64,000 nt of DNA from Candidatus Nomurabacteria bacterium (GCA_963834935.1 CAWIDS010000001.1:1338-65337), one strand, 5' to 3'. Numbered from the stretch's first letter, positions 25,872 to 35,956 are shown. Numbers and translations are program-made. The notes: generated by a model from the sequence alone, not told the origin.

Positions 25872-26339
25872 TTAAGCGATATCCACTACTTTGTATTTGA
25901 AGCTTCCCTTAGGTGCGTTGAAAGTGAAACTGTCGCCTTTCTTCTTTCCGAGCATCGATTCTCCGAGCGGAGAACGAAAAGATATTTTACCTTCAGCCAT
26001 GTTGGCTTCTTCCGATCCGACAATCTTGTAAACGATATTCTCCTTTGCGCCTTCTTTCTGAATAGTGACTGTGGAGCCGATATCGGCCGTGCTGCTATGA
26101 TGAAGAGAAACGATCTCTGCATTCTTGAGGATAGACTCGATCTTGCTGATGCGGTCTTCGATCATCGCCTGCTCCTCGCGAGCTTCGTGATATTCGGCAT
26201 TCTCGGAAAGGTCGCCTAGAGCCTTGGCGAATTCGAGATTTTCTGCCACTTCCTTCCTTTTAACCTTTTTCAAGTGGTCGAGCTCATCCTGCAATTCCTT
26301 GTACTTTTCCTTGGTCAAATATTCCTTTTCTGCGTTCAT
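25872..26339 (-). CDS. greA: Transcription elongation factor GreA.
   Basis: N-terminal coiled coil and C-terminal FKBP-like domain. 155 aa. Confidence 0.9.
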   Translation of the reverse strand: MNAEKEYLTKEKYKELQDELDHLKKVKRKEVAENLEFAKALGDLSENAEYHEAREEQAMIEDRISKIESILKNAEIVSLHHSSTADIGSTVTIQKEGAKENIVYKIVGSEEANMAEGKISFRSPLGESMLGKKKGDSFTFNAPKGSFKYKVVDIA

Positions 26340-26396
26340 GCTTTTGTGTTATTGATTAAACGTTGTGGGGGTATTTTACAGGAAATGGAGTGATAG

Positions 26397-28115
26397 TCAA
26401 ATTGAGGGCTGTGTCACGTACTCCGGAGTGTCGCTTGCCATTTCGTTGAAAATTCTTTTCATTACCGCTTGGGCACCTTCGGTATAGATCGACGGGCCTT
26501 TCTCAAGAATGAGGGCAAAAGCGTAGCGGGGCTTTTCATACGGGAAGAAGCCGACAACAAGCGAATTCACGTACTGCTTCTGCGAGCCGAGCTCGGCGGT
26601 TCCTGATTTGGCGGCGATATGGATCGTGGGGAAATTAAGCTGACCCAGCGTACCGTCCGTGACTGCGAGCCGCATGCCTGCCTTTGAAATATTGAAATCA
26701 TCATCTGAAATTCCTTGGAGCTTGGTAACAGGGGTGGAGACATACCCTTCCTCGCCTTGTTTTATGATCGACGGCTGGACCATCGTGCCATTGTTCGCGA
26801 GCGTGGCTACAGCCCTCACTGCCTGCAAAGGTGTGATCTGGAAGCCGAATTGGCCGATAGAGGTGTGATAAGTGTCTCCAAGCCTCCAGATATCGCCGTT
26901 GAAGACCTCTTTCTTCCAATCCGGCGTCGGGATGACTCCGTTATTCTTGATGCTGAAGAACGAATTCTGAAAAGGCGCTGCAAAGCCGAACATTGAGATA
27001 TATTTATCGATAAGGTCGATGCCGAGGCCTTTCTGATCCTGATATCCTCCACCGATTTCGTAAAAGAAGACGTCGGACGAGACAGCGATAGCCTGCTCTA
27101 TATTGGTCCAGCCGTTCGCTTTCCAGTCCTTGAAGACGGTAGCCTCGCCTGGGTGGTAAGGATTAGGTATGGAAATCTGTCCGGTGCTTAGAAGCTGCTT
27201 GGTCGAATCGATTATGCCCTCATTCAAAGCGCCGACAGCAAGGAAAGGCTTTACGATCGAGCCGGGAGTATAAAGGCCGGAGACTGCGCGGTCAAGCAGC
27301 GGGTTGCGAGAATCATTAAAATATCCCGTGATGACAGGGGTGTTCGTTCCATCAGTGAGGATCTGGGAATCATATTCGGGATAAGTAGTGAGAGCGATCA
27401 CTTCTCCGGTATTGACATCCATCATCACACCTGCGCCTGCTATGAAGCCTGCGCTGTCGACAGTCTGCTTTATATTCCTGAACATGATGTCCTGAACCTT
27501 GGCGTCGATTGAAAGAACTACTTTTGATCCCTCCTGCGGCGGCTGGATGGTCGATGAGCTCTGCGGCTTGCCGCTGGCATCAGTCTCGACGATATTGACG
27601 CCGTTCTGGCCCGCAAGAAGATCATTAAAATATTCCTCGATCCCGTCCTGGCCAGTAATATCGTATTTGTAGTAGATTCCCTTGTTATCCTTCGCCGGAT
27701 ACTTCACGTAGCCGAGAAGATTGTTGAATCCTTCGAGCGTAGTATATGCCCTCCTTGAAAAATCATTAGGGTCTGCAGCTGGCGTATTCCAAGCGAGAAC
27801 CGTGCCATATCTATCAGTGATCAGGCCGCGGTCGGCGAATATCGGAGAATTGTTCAAGTGATTGCTTTCGCTTCGCTTGGCATACGTCGATCCCTCGACA
27901 ATCTGGAGGTAGAATATCCTGCCGAAGAAGAAAACGGCTACCGCAAGAAAAAAGATGCCCAGATAGAGGATATTCCTTGCGGATATGGCCTTCTCGATCC
28001 TCCCTTCGAACTGATGCGTATTGAATTCGGGAAGATTGCTTGAATCAAGGAATATCTCTTCGGGGGCTATCTCATGGTTGTATTTTTTCTTTTTCTTAAA
28101 GGGGAATTTCAACAT
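26397..28115 (-). CDS. mrdA: Peptidoglycan D,D-transpeptidase MrdA (PBP2).
   Basis: Motifs SIVKP, SSD and KSGTAE. Lies downstream of mreB-mreC. Confidence 0.85.
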   Translation of the reverse strand: MLKFPFKKKKKYNHEIAPEEIFLDSSNLPEFNTHQFEGRIEKAISARNILYLGIFFLAVAVFFFGRIFYLQIVEGSTYAKRSESNHLNNSPIFADRGLITDRYGTVLAWNTPAADPNDFSRRAYTTLEGFNNLLGYVKYPAKDNKGIYYKYDITGQDGIEEYFNDLLAGQNGVNIVETDASGKPQSSSTIQPPQEGSKVVLSIDAKVQDIMFRNIKQTVDSAGFIAGAGVMMDVNTGEVIALTTYPEYDSQILTDGTNTPVITGYFNDSRNPLLDRAVSGLYTPGSIVKPFLAVGALNEGIIDSTKQLLSTGQISIPNPYHPGEATVFKDWKANGWTNIEQAIAVSSDVFFYEIGGGYQDQKGLGIDLIDKYISMFGFAAPFQNSFFSIKNNGVIPTPDWKKEVFNGDIWRLGDTYHTSIGQFGFQITPLQAVRAVATLANNGTMVQPSIIKQGEEGYVSTPVTKLQGISDDDFNISKAGMRLAVTDGTLGQLNFPTIHIAAKSGTAELGSQKQYVNSLVVGFFPYEKPRYAFALILEKGPSIYTEGAQAVMKRIFNEMASDTPEYVTQPSI

Positions 28116-28866
28116 AAGTGATTTCGTAAAGGTTTATGGGGAGATTGAAAAGTATAGTGACAAGCGTGCTCTGCGGTTGCGAGATGACTGCTCCTACCCG
28201 GCCGATGGGTACGATCGATGAATTAAGATTGACGAATACTTGGTCTGCCTTATTGATCGAGACGCCTTGAGGAAGAGTGACTATGAAATTTCCTCCTCCC
28301 GTACCCGAGGCGACGGCCGGTATCTTCTTGTCTCCGATAAAGACATTCACTTTGTTCGAAGGCGACGAAAGAAGCTGTATTTCAGAAGTGTCGCTCGAGA
28401 CGCTGGTGACATTTCCTATATAGAAAGTGCCGATCATTACGGGAGCGCCAGCCTTGACCCCTTGATCGCTTCCGGCGCCAATGAACAATATGTCGAATGG
28501 AGCAAAAGGAGGCTTCGAAAGGACAGCTGCTTGTATGCGCTTCTGGTCTTGTTTCATCTGAAGAGCGCTCTTGAGATTCATATTTTCTCGCAGGATCGCA
28601 TCCATGTCCGCCAAGCGGATATCATCATCTTCAAGTTTCTTGTTCAAGTCATCATTATCCTTTTGCAAGGCGGCTTTCGAGCTGAAGAGGGCGAAAAAGG
28701 AAGATGAGACGCTTGCCGTATCTTCCTTAGACGATGTCAGAGCGATCATGCTATCGGCGAATGTTCGCGAAAAGAATCCGCTGAGCAAAGCAACAAGAAC
28801 AAGGGCTCCCAAGCCAGCGCTCCACCACAGCCTCTTCTTTTTCTTATCTCTTAAGCGGTAATTCAT
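28096..28866 (-). CDS. mreC: Rod shape-determining protein MreC.
   Basis: N-terminal TM and coiled coil, then a beta-rich domain. Lies between mreB and mrdA. Confidence 0.85.
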   Translation of the reverse strand: MNYRLRDKKKKRLWWSAGLGALVLVALLSGFFSRTFADSMIALTSSKEDTASVSSSFFALFSSKAALQKDNDDLNKKLEDDDIRLADMDAILRENMNLKSALQMKQDQKRIQAAVLSKPPFAPFDILFIGAGSDQGVKAGAPVMIGTFYIGNVTSVSSDTSEIQLLSSPSNKVNVFIGDKKIPAVASGTGGGNFIVTLPQGVSINKADQVFVNLNSSIVPIGRVGAVISQPQSTLVTILFNLPINLYEITYVEIPL

Positions 28867-29884
28867 CTTCGTTATCTATGAGTACGGTTTTGAATGCTTC
28901 CATGTTCTCAAGGATGATTCCAGTGCCGCGTACCACTGCTTCCATCGGATTCTCGCCTATGAATACCGGAATGCCGAGATATTCATGAAGGACATCGCGG
29001 AATCCCTTGATTAAAGCGCCTCCGCCGATAAGATAAATCCCTTTGTTCATGATGTCGGCGAGGACTTCGGGCGGCGTAGTTTCCAAGACTTCCTTGACGC
29101 CTTCGATCAGGCCGTCAAGAGACAAAGAAAGCGCAGCCCTGATGTCTTCGTCAGAAATGACCACTTCACGCGGAAGGCCGGTGACCAGGTCGCGACCACG
29201 GATAGGCATATGAATTGGATCGCTTTCGCCGATGGCGCTGCCGATGGTCATCTTGATGTATTCAGCAGTCTTCTCGCCGATGAGAACCTGGAATTCGCTA
29301 CGCAGGTAGGTGATGATGTCGCCGTTGAGCTTGTCTCCGGCAATCTTGACGTTCTTCGACTTAACGATGCCTCCAAGCGAGATAACTGCGATGTCGCTGG
29401 TTCCGCCTCCGATATCGATGACCATGCTACCGATCGGTTCCATGATGGGTAGATTGATGCCGATAGCACCGGCCATTGGCTCTTCGACAATGAAGACTTC
29501 GCGCGCTCCAGCGCTTTTCGAAGCGTCACGGACAGCCCGCCGCTCGACATTGGTAGTCCCTGAAGGCACGCCGACAACCACCCGCGGACCGAACATCTTT
29601 TTCGCTCCTTCTTCAGCTTTCTTGATGAGATAGGAAAGCATTTCCTCGGTCACTTCGAAGTCTGAGATCACGCCATCGACGAGAGGACGTATGGCCTGGA
29701 TATGAGCAGGCGTTCGGCCGAGCATTTCCTTGGCATCCTTGCCTACCGCCACCACTTGGCCAGTCTTCTGGTTGATAGCCACTACCGACGGCTCATTAAT
29801 GACAATCCCTTTTCCACGCACATACACCAGAGTATTGGCTGTACCTAAATCAATTCCTATGTCGTTCGAGAAAAATGTGGACAT
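28844..29884 (-). CDS. mreB: Rod shape-determining protein MreB (actin homologue).
   Basis: IGIDLGTANTLVYV and other actin-fold motifs. Confidence 0.95.
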   Translation of the reverse strand: MSTFFSNDIGIDLGTANTLVYVRGKGIVINEPSVVAINQKTGQVVAVGKDAKEMLGRTPAHIQAIRPLVDGVISDFEVTEEMLSYLIKKAEEGAKKMFGPRVVVGVPSGTTNVERRAVRDASKSAGAREVFIVEEPMAGAIGINLPIMEPIGSMVIDIGGGTSDIAVISLGGIVKSKNVKIAGDKLNGDIITYLRSEFQVLIGEKTAEYIKMTIGSAIGESDPIHMPIRGRDLVTGLPREVVISDEDIRAALSLSLDGLIEGVKEVLETTPPEVLADIMNKGIYLIGGGALIKGFRDVLHEYLGIPVFIGENPMEAVVRGTGIILENMEAFKTVLIDNEDELPLKR

Positions 29885-29901
29885 TTGTAGAGTATAGAGG
29901 A

Positions 29902-31143
29902 TTAAATGATTTCATCAAACTTGACGATAACTGAGTTCCCTGTTTTTCTTTCCGAAACTTCAGCAGAACCTACTTTGATAGTACGAGGGCTGACGACAAT
30001 CCTCTTCGGAATGCCAATGAGGTCGGCATCGGCAAATTTTGCTCCTACGCCGGCTTCCCGATCGTCGTAAAGGACTTCTTTGTTTCTGGATAGTTTTTCG
30101 TAAAGGCCATCGGCGATCTTCTTCGTCTCGCCTGTCTTGTCCTCGAGGGCAATGAGATGAACGTCGAACGGCGCCACACTCTCAGGCCAGACGATACCTT
30201 TTTCATCAGAAAGCGTTTCGACTATGGTTCCCATGAGCCGCGGCACTCCGATGCCGTATGATCCCATAATGACGTCGACAAGCTCGTCCTTCTCATTCTT
30301 ATACGCAAGCTCAAGCGGCTTGGAGAAACGCGTGCCCAGGCTGAAGATGTTTCCGACTTCGACTGATTTTTCTTCCACAAGCTCTTCGCGCTTCAAGCCG
30401 AGCTCCGCAAGCACCTCGTCACTGAGCACTTCCTTGTTCACTGCTATGTTCTTTTCCTTGCTTATGTAAATGATATCTTCTCCAGAAGGGGTGATTGTCT
30501 GGAATTCATGCGAATATTTCGAAAACACCCCACCGGAAGCGAACGTCACTAATGTCCTGTCTCCCAAGCCGGCTTTGCTGAAGATGTTCATGTAAGCTTG
30601 TTTGGCTTTCTCATAGAAAGTATCATGTTCTTCCTGGTTACGCGAGAAAGAATACAAGTCTTTCATCACAAATTCCCTGCCGCGCATGATTCCACTCTTA
30701 GCCCGCGTCTCGTTGCGGAACTTCGTCTGGAATTGGTAGGCGGAAAAAGGCAGGTCACGAAAAGAGCGGATATGATCCTTGAGCAGATTGGTCAGCGGCT
30801 CTTCGTGGGTGAAGGCCAAGCCGAGCTCAGTGTCGTTCTTGAGCTTAGTCTTGAACCAATTGTCGACTACAGCGTCATCAAAACGGCCTGTCTTTTCCCA
30901 GACTGACTTGTCTTGGAGCGATGCAAGGTGAAGCTCTTGGGCGCCGAGTGCATTCATCTCATCGCGGATGATCTGCTCTATCTTATTCAGCACCCGGAGG
31001 CCAAGCGGCAAAAAAGAATATACCCCAGCCATATCCTTGTGGATAAAGCCTGCGCGGATGAGTAGCTTAGCATTAAGAGAAACCTCGTCTTTTGGGGCAT
31101 CTTTACGCGTCTTGAATACCAGTTTTGATTGAAGCATGTCCAA
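29902..31143 (-). CDS. proS: Prolyl-tRNA synthetase, compact class II form.
   Basis: Motif 2 FRNETRAKSGIMRGREFVMKDLYSF. C-terminal anticodon-binding domain. Only 413 aa. Confidence 0.85.
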   Translation of the reverse strand: MDMLQSKLVFKTRKDAPKDEVSLNAKLLIRAGFIHKDMAGVYSFLPLGLRVLNKIEQIIRDEMNALGAQELHLASLQDKSVWEKTGRFDDAVVDNWFKTKLKNDTELGLAFTHEEPLTNLLKDHIRSFRDLPFSAYQFQTKFRNETRAKSGIMRGREFVMKDLYSFSRNQEEHDTFYEKAKQAYMNIFSKAGLGDRTLVTFASGGVFSKYSHEFQTITPSGEDIIYISKEKNIAVNKEVLSDEVLAELGLKREELVEEKSVEVGNIFSLGTRFSKPLELAYKNEKDELVDVIMGSYGIGVPRLMGTIVETLSDEKGIVWPESVAPFDVHLIALEDKTGETKKIADGLYEKLSRNKEVLYDDREAGVGAKFADADLIGIPKRIVVSPRTIKVGSAEVSERKTGNSVIVKFDEII

Positions 31144-31541
31144 TAACTATATCAGACTTGGCTTTTTTCCTTATTATTGACTTTATTGAATTTAATGTTA
31201 AAGCTTTAAGAGAGTTGGGCCGTGGAATATCCCCTACCCGCCTACAGCCATAATGGCTGGCATCATACTCAACATTAGGCAGAGCAAGATTTGCGGCCAA
31301 GCGAGGGAGATCGCAAAAACGCAATTAGTGGCGAAGGATAATACCATCGGATCGGTCTACATCTACATCTGCAAGGGCAAGATCCTGCAGCTCGACGGCA
31401 AACCCTATCAACCGTAGCAGAATGCTACGGTCATCACAACAACCACACATCATTGAATATTCAGGAAGGGCTACTTCCTCAAACAAAATAGTAGCGACAC
31501 AAGCAGAAATGCTTTTTTTTATTGAAAATTTTTGTGCAGGA

Positions 31542-32648
31542 TTACTTCACGAACAACTTGAATATATCGTGGTAGGTCACCACGAGCATAAGGAGGATGA
31601 GCAAAGCGAAGCCGGTAGCATTCAAGGCATTTGCCACGCGCGGCGGGATTGATTTTCGGGTGATCGATTCGATAATAACGAAAAGCAGGCGGCCGCCGTC
31701 TAGTGCGGGAAACGGCATGAGATTGATAACGGCGAGGTTGATCGAAATAAGTGCAGTAAAGAAAAGAAGATAGGAGAAGCCTGATTTGGAGGCACTTCCC
31801 ACCATGCCGACGATTCCTACTGGGCCGGAGACCTGATCGAAATGGGCGGTGCCGTGAAATATGGTTCCGAGAAAACTAAATAACCCCTGCTCTGTGAGGA
31901 CAGTCGCCTCATAAGCCACTTTTAATCCTTCATACGGCGCAAGATAAAAAGGAACCTGAATAATTCCAGCAGACTCCATGGCGATTCCAACTGCGGCCTT
32001 TCCGTTAACTATACCCATGACCGGAAGCATATTTATCGCGATTGCCGTGCCCCCCCTGTCTATGTCAAAGACTATCTGCTGGCCTTTGTCCGATGAGATC
32101 AGATTCTGAATTGAAGATACCTGAAGGGCATTCCCGGAAAGAGTCGTATTTCCTTCCTTAACAGAAATGATGGCATCTCCCGCCTTCAATCCGCTCTTGT
32201 CGGCTGGAGAAAGCGGAACGACTTCTGAAATGATGACCTTCGAGTCTTTTACATATGTTGAATTGGTGTCGAAAGACACTGACGGAGAGATGCCGATGGC
32301 GAGGGCAATACTTATCAATATCCAGGCGAAAAGGACATTGAAAATCACGCCTGCTACGAGCACCGCCGCTTGAATAGGTCGCGGCTTGTTCGCAATGCTT
32401 CGCGGAGAATCTACTCCAACCATCGACTCCTCATCAGGATTCTCGCCGAAGATGCTGACATATCCGCCGAACGGAATAAGGTTCAGCTTGTAAGTAGTTT
32501 CGCCGATTGTTTTCTTATACAAAGTAGGCGGAAAGCCGAGAGCGAATTCGTCGACTCGGATGCCTGAAATTTTGGCAACAAGAAAATGCCCGAGCTCATG
32601 AACGAAGATAAGGACTGCAAGGATGACGAGGAAGATGATGAATGACAT
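31542..32648 (-). CDS. rseP: RIP zinc metalloprotease RseP (M50 family) with a PDZ domain.
   Basis: HELGH zinc motif in TM1. A PDZ domain follows. LDGG motif. Confidence 0.9.
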   Translation of the reverse strand: MSFIIFLVILAVLIFVHELGHFLVAKISGIRVDEFALGFPPTLYKKTIGETTYKLNLIPFGGYVSIFGENPDEESMVGVDSPRSIANKPRPIQAAVLVAGVIFNVLFAWILISIALAIGISPSVSFDTNSTYVKDSKVIISEVVPLSPADKSGLKAGDAIISVKEGNTTLSGNALQVSSIQNLISSDKGQQIVFDIDRGGTAIAINMLPVMGIVNGKAAVGIAMESAGIIQVPFYLAPYEGLKVAYEATVLTEQGLFSFLGTIFHGTAHFDQVSGPVGIVGMVGSASKSGFSYLLFFTALISINLAVINLMPFPALDGGRLLFVIIESITRKSIPPRVANALNATGFALLILLMLVVTYHDIFKLFVK

Positions 32649-32663
32649 TTTATGATTTTTTAT

Positions 32664-33215
32664 TTATGATTGGATTTCCTTTTCCTTCTTGACTAGATGC
32701 TCGTCGAGCTTTGCGTTGGCTTCCTTGATCAGCTTATCGACTTCGTTCCAGTAGCGGAGTGCCTCATCCTTTCCGAAACCGCCGTCCTTCTCAAGAGAAT
32801 TGATATCCTTTATCACCTTTTCACGCTCCTGGCGTCCGCGAACTTTCGCGTCTTCAAGGCGCTCCTTTGCAGCCTTGATAAGCATCGTGCGCCTTTCCGC
32901 CGAGAGTTCGGGAAAGATGACCCGCAAACCTTTCTCATCGACGACTGGCGAGAAGCCGAGGTTGGCAAGTATTATAGCTTTCTCAATAGCTTGCACTTGC
33001 GACATATCCCATGGGGTGACACGAATAGTTCGCGCGTCTTCCACCGAAAGCGAAGCAATGGAGGAAATCGGCATCCGGGCGCTGTAAGAATCCACTGAAA
33101 CGCCGTCAAGAAGTGCTGGTGTCGCCCTGCCCGTACGAAGCGCCCCGTATTCTTTGACCAACCAGTCCTCAGCTTCCTTTAACTTCTGCTTGAAATCCGA
33201 AAAATTATACGCCAT
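32664..33215 (-). CDS. frr: Ribosome recycling factor.
   Basis: Full-length RRF similarity. 183 aa. Confidence 0.9.
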   Translation of the reverse strand: MAYNFSDFKQKLKEAEDWLVKEYGALRTGRATPALLDGVSVDSYSARMPISSIASLSVEDARTIRVTPWDMSQVQAIEKAIILANLGFSPVVDEKGLRVIFPELSAERRTMLIKAAKERLEDAKVRGRQEREKVIKDINSLEKDGGFGKDEALRYWNEVDKLIKEANAKLDEHLVKKEKEIQS

Positions 33216-33222
33216 GCACGTA

Positions 33223-34773
33223 TTATACTATCCTTTCCGCTTTTTTAATAATCAGGTTCGCCTTGTCGATCTTTTCCCTGCTTTGCTCTTCTTCTATTTG
33301 AATTTCGGCAAAAACGCGTTCCAGTTCCTCTACATCGCGTGCCATTCCTTCCACTTTCGATTCAAGGTCCCATTGGTTCTTCTCGACATCGCGAAGAGAC
33401 TTTTCAAGCTGCCATCGCTGCTCCTCAAATGAATGCCTATCCTTCTCATTGGAAGCAGATTTTTCCAAAAGCTCCGTTTCCTCGATTTTTTTCTTCATCG
33501 ATGCGACGTCACTCTGCAGATTTTCTATTTGCTCGCGGATATGAGACATGTCTGATTTCGATTTTATCCAGTCTAACTCGTATTTCCTCTTCTTCTCGCG
33601 GGTCGAAGCTTGAATCTTCTCCTCGAGCACCTTGTCGATGCGAGCCTGTTCCGCTTCCTTCTTCAAAGTGATCACCTCAAGGTCTCTTTTGAATTTTTCC
33701 TGCTCGGCTTCGATCTTTCCTTTCTGCCTGTTCCTTTCCGAAAGCTGTTTCTCGATATCATCTATCTTCTGATGAATGTCCCACCGTTCCTTCTCATATG
33801 TCTGCCTCTGATCCTCGAGTGACCATCTTTTTTCCTCGATCGCCTTGTGAGATGAGATCGTTCCCGACTCCTTTTCCTTCATATTGATCGCCGCTTCCTG
33901 ATCCTCCACTGATTTTTCATGCAGGCGAAGCAGCTCCAAATCGCGAAGGTAGCTGTTCCTTGTCAAAGTAAGGGCTTGTATCTCCTTTGTAATTGCCGCT
34001 TTCTTCTCTTCAAGCGAGGCATCCTTGTCATAGAGCTCGGATTCATCTGTAGCGGTTTTAGGTGCCAGCTTCTCGGGAAAGATTATGGTCGAAGAAGGAG
34101 TTGGAGGAACTACAACTGAAGCAGGCTTCGGTTCAGGAGGCTTAGGTGCCGGTGCAGAAGCCGGCTTCCATGCCGATACCGGTTCCTTTTGAGGCGCGAG
34201 TTTCGCTGCTGCTACTGGCTCTGCTTTTTTCTCCTGCTTGATTTCCTGCTTGATCTCCGGCTTGATTTCCTGCTTTACCACCTCTTTCACTGGCTCAGAA
34301 ATGATTTCATTCTCTTGTTCCTTCGAAATGCGCTGTATCGCTTCTTTGACGACATTCACCACTACATTTACCGATTCAGGCTGTACTACTCCGCCTCCAA
34401 ATCTACTATAGGGGTTTTGCGCGCCGACAAAAGAGATGGAACTTGGCTCTGGCATCTTGGCGGCTGGCGGTTTGTAGGCACGAGCGAGCTCATCGGCAGA
34501 AAGGATAGGCTCAGCAGGCTGAGCATCCGTTCTCGGACGAGGCGGCCTAAGGTTGCTCGAGACAGGCTTCGGAGCAGAAGGCTTGTTACTTTTCAAAGTG
34601 AGGGTCATTTTCGAAAGATCTTCGTCCTTGGGAAGACTACTCACGCATGCAAGAACTTGCTGCTGGAAATCCCTGTCGAATTTAGAGAATTCCTCTTTGC
34701 TTATCTTGTTATTTTTCAAGAGACGCGCCGTATCGAGAACGATCGTCCTTGGTTGCTGTGGGTTCATATTCAT
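33223..34773 (-). CDS. Large coiled-coil protein with a Pro/Lys-rich N-terminal region and repeated E-x-x-R-W-x-L-E heptad-like motifs.
   Basis: 516 aa. Low-complexity PKPxxP segment. C-terminal 300 aa are charged coiled coil with repeats EEKRWSLEDQR, EKERWDIHQK and EEQRWQLEKS. Confidence 0.6.
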   Translation of the reverse strand: MNMNPQQPRTIVLDTARLLKNNKISKEEFSKFDRDFQQQVLACVSSLPKDEDLSKMTLTLKSNKPSAPKPVSSNLRPPRPRTDAQPAEPILSADELARAYKPPAAKMPEPSSISFVGAQNPYSRFGGGVVQPESVNVVVNVVKEAIQRISKEQENEIISEPVKEVVKQEIKPEIKQEIKQEKKAEPVAAAKLAPQKEPVSAWKPASAPAPKPPEPKPASVVVPPTPSSTIIFPEKLAPKTATDESELYDKDASLEEKKAAITKEIQALTLTRNSYLRDLELLRLHEKSVEDQEAAINMKEKESGTISSHKAIEEKRWSLEDQRQTYEKERWDIHQKIDDIEKQLSERNRQKGKIEAEQEKFKRDLEVITLKKEAEQARIDKVLEEKIQASTREKKRKYELDWIKSKSDMSHIREQIENLQSDVASMKKKIEETELLEKSASNEKDRHSFEEQRWQLEKSLRDVEKNQWDLESKVEGMARDVEELERVFAEIQIEEEQSREKIDKANLIIKKAERIV

Positions 34774-34889
34774 CTATTATCTTTCATATCGCTTCTTTTA
34801 TCAATAGCCATGGCGCATAAAGTGGATAAATAAAATAAAAAAGCGCCCCGTGAAGGGCGCACAAGGGGAACAAGATCAGGATCGGAGCG

Positions 34890-35513
34890 TCACGCTACAT
34901 ATAAAAGCGATGGCACCGCAGCAGGAAGCGCGTACATGCTCATCAGCCCCGTGATAAACGGCGTAACCTCGCTGGTACCATCCTTATTGCTCCTCATGAT
35001 AATGCGCTGAGGGCGAGGCTCGATCGACATGTTCATCAGTATGGCAATTGCCGGTTCCGTGAACTGATGATATTCGAGCAGCCGTTGCTCGATACGCGCA
35101 TCATCCGCGCGACCACGTTCCTTAGCGCGACGGACGCATGTCGCATCAGTGGCTTCGACTTCGATTACCACGAATGAATCGATCTTGTTCGCTACGACGA
35201 ACTGTTCGATATGCACCACCTGATCAGGGATGCGAAGAAAGCCGTCGAGACAAATCACGTCATGCTCCATGGCAGCCTGGACAAAGTGCGACTCGACCGC
35301 CGCCATCAAGGCTTCGGTGGGCCAGAGGTCGGTGCCTGTAGCTTCCATGTGAGCCTTCGCGCGCACATAGAGTTCAGATTTAATCTTCTCATGATCACGG
35401 CAGACTTCCCCGCATTCGATGACGAAAACATCCGCCATCCTCTGCACTTCTCTGAGAAATGTTCCTTTGCCTGAATTAGGCTTCCCAATTACTGCGATTA
35501 CTGTTTTTATAAT
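34890..35513 (-). CDS. Adenylate-kinase-like NMP kinase. The P-loop is encoded upstream of the first canonical start, so the true start is non-AUG (ATT/ATA) or the gene is frameshifted.
   Basis: In-frame upstream sequence encodes IAVIGKPNSGKGTF (Walker A). The body carries LDGFLR and RGRADD (NMP-binding and LID motifs). The upstream frame is closed by TAG. GC-rich. Confidence 0.5.
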   Translation of the reverse strand: MIKTVIAVIGKPNSGKGTFLREVQRMADVFVIECGEVCRDHEKIKSELYVRAKAHMEATGTDLWPTEALMAAVESHFVQAAMEHDVICLDGFLRIPDQVVHIEQFVVANKIDSFVVIEVEATDATCVRRAKERGRADDARIEQRLLEYHQFTEPAIAILMNMSIEPRPQRIIMRSNKDGTSEVTPFITGLMSMYALPAAVPSLLYVA

Positions 35514-35698
35514 TAATCCTGTCTAATGTTTGAAACCTTTGTTCATTCTTCGCCTTGAAAAGGAAAAGACCAGATCAGAAAATACCATACTTACATCTTA
35601 AACTCAATAGCATTGCCATCTTATTGTACTTGACAATTTATCTAAAATGATGTTAACCTAGTCGAGGTTTTAAGTTCAACCTCAACCAGAAAGATACC

Positions 35699-35899
35699 AT
35701 GCCAGACACCATCAAGTCGGTTTGCGATGAGTTCAAGAATAAACTCTGTAAGGTTCCAATCCAGGATTTCGGTGCCGCAGCCCTCGTTCGCGAGGTTCAG
35801 CGCACTATCGATCCGAAAGGAACCAAGGAGTTGAGCCCCAACCAGGTCAGGACTACCAAGTCCTTTCTCCGTGTTTTGGTCAAGAAGGCCTATTCCTAA
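35699..35899 (+). CDS. Small hypothetical protein (66 aa).
   Basis: Followed by a strong terminator. Confidence 0.4.
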   Translation: MPDTIKSVCDEFKNKLCKVPIQDFGAAALVREVQRTIDPKGTKELSPNQVRTTKSFLRVLVKKAYS

Positions 35900-35923
35900 A
35901 CCATTCCAGCATCCTGATCCAAG

Positions 35924-35956
35924 TGCCGCTCGCTTCAAACCGAGCGGCATTTTTCC
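35924..35956 (+). terminator. Rho-independent terminator.
   Basis: Hairpin TGCCGCTCG...CGAGCGGCA followed by TTTTTCC. Confidence 0.75.

Noticed and set aside
31144-31541. T-box riboswitch leader for proS on the minus strand.
   Set aside because: No T-box consensus (AGGGUGGNACCGCG) or specifier/antiterminator arrangement found on either strand.
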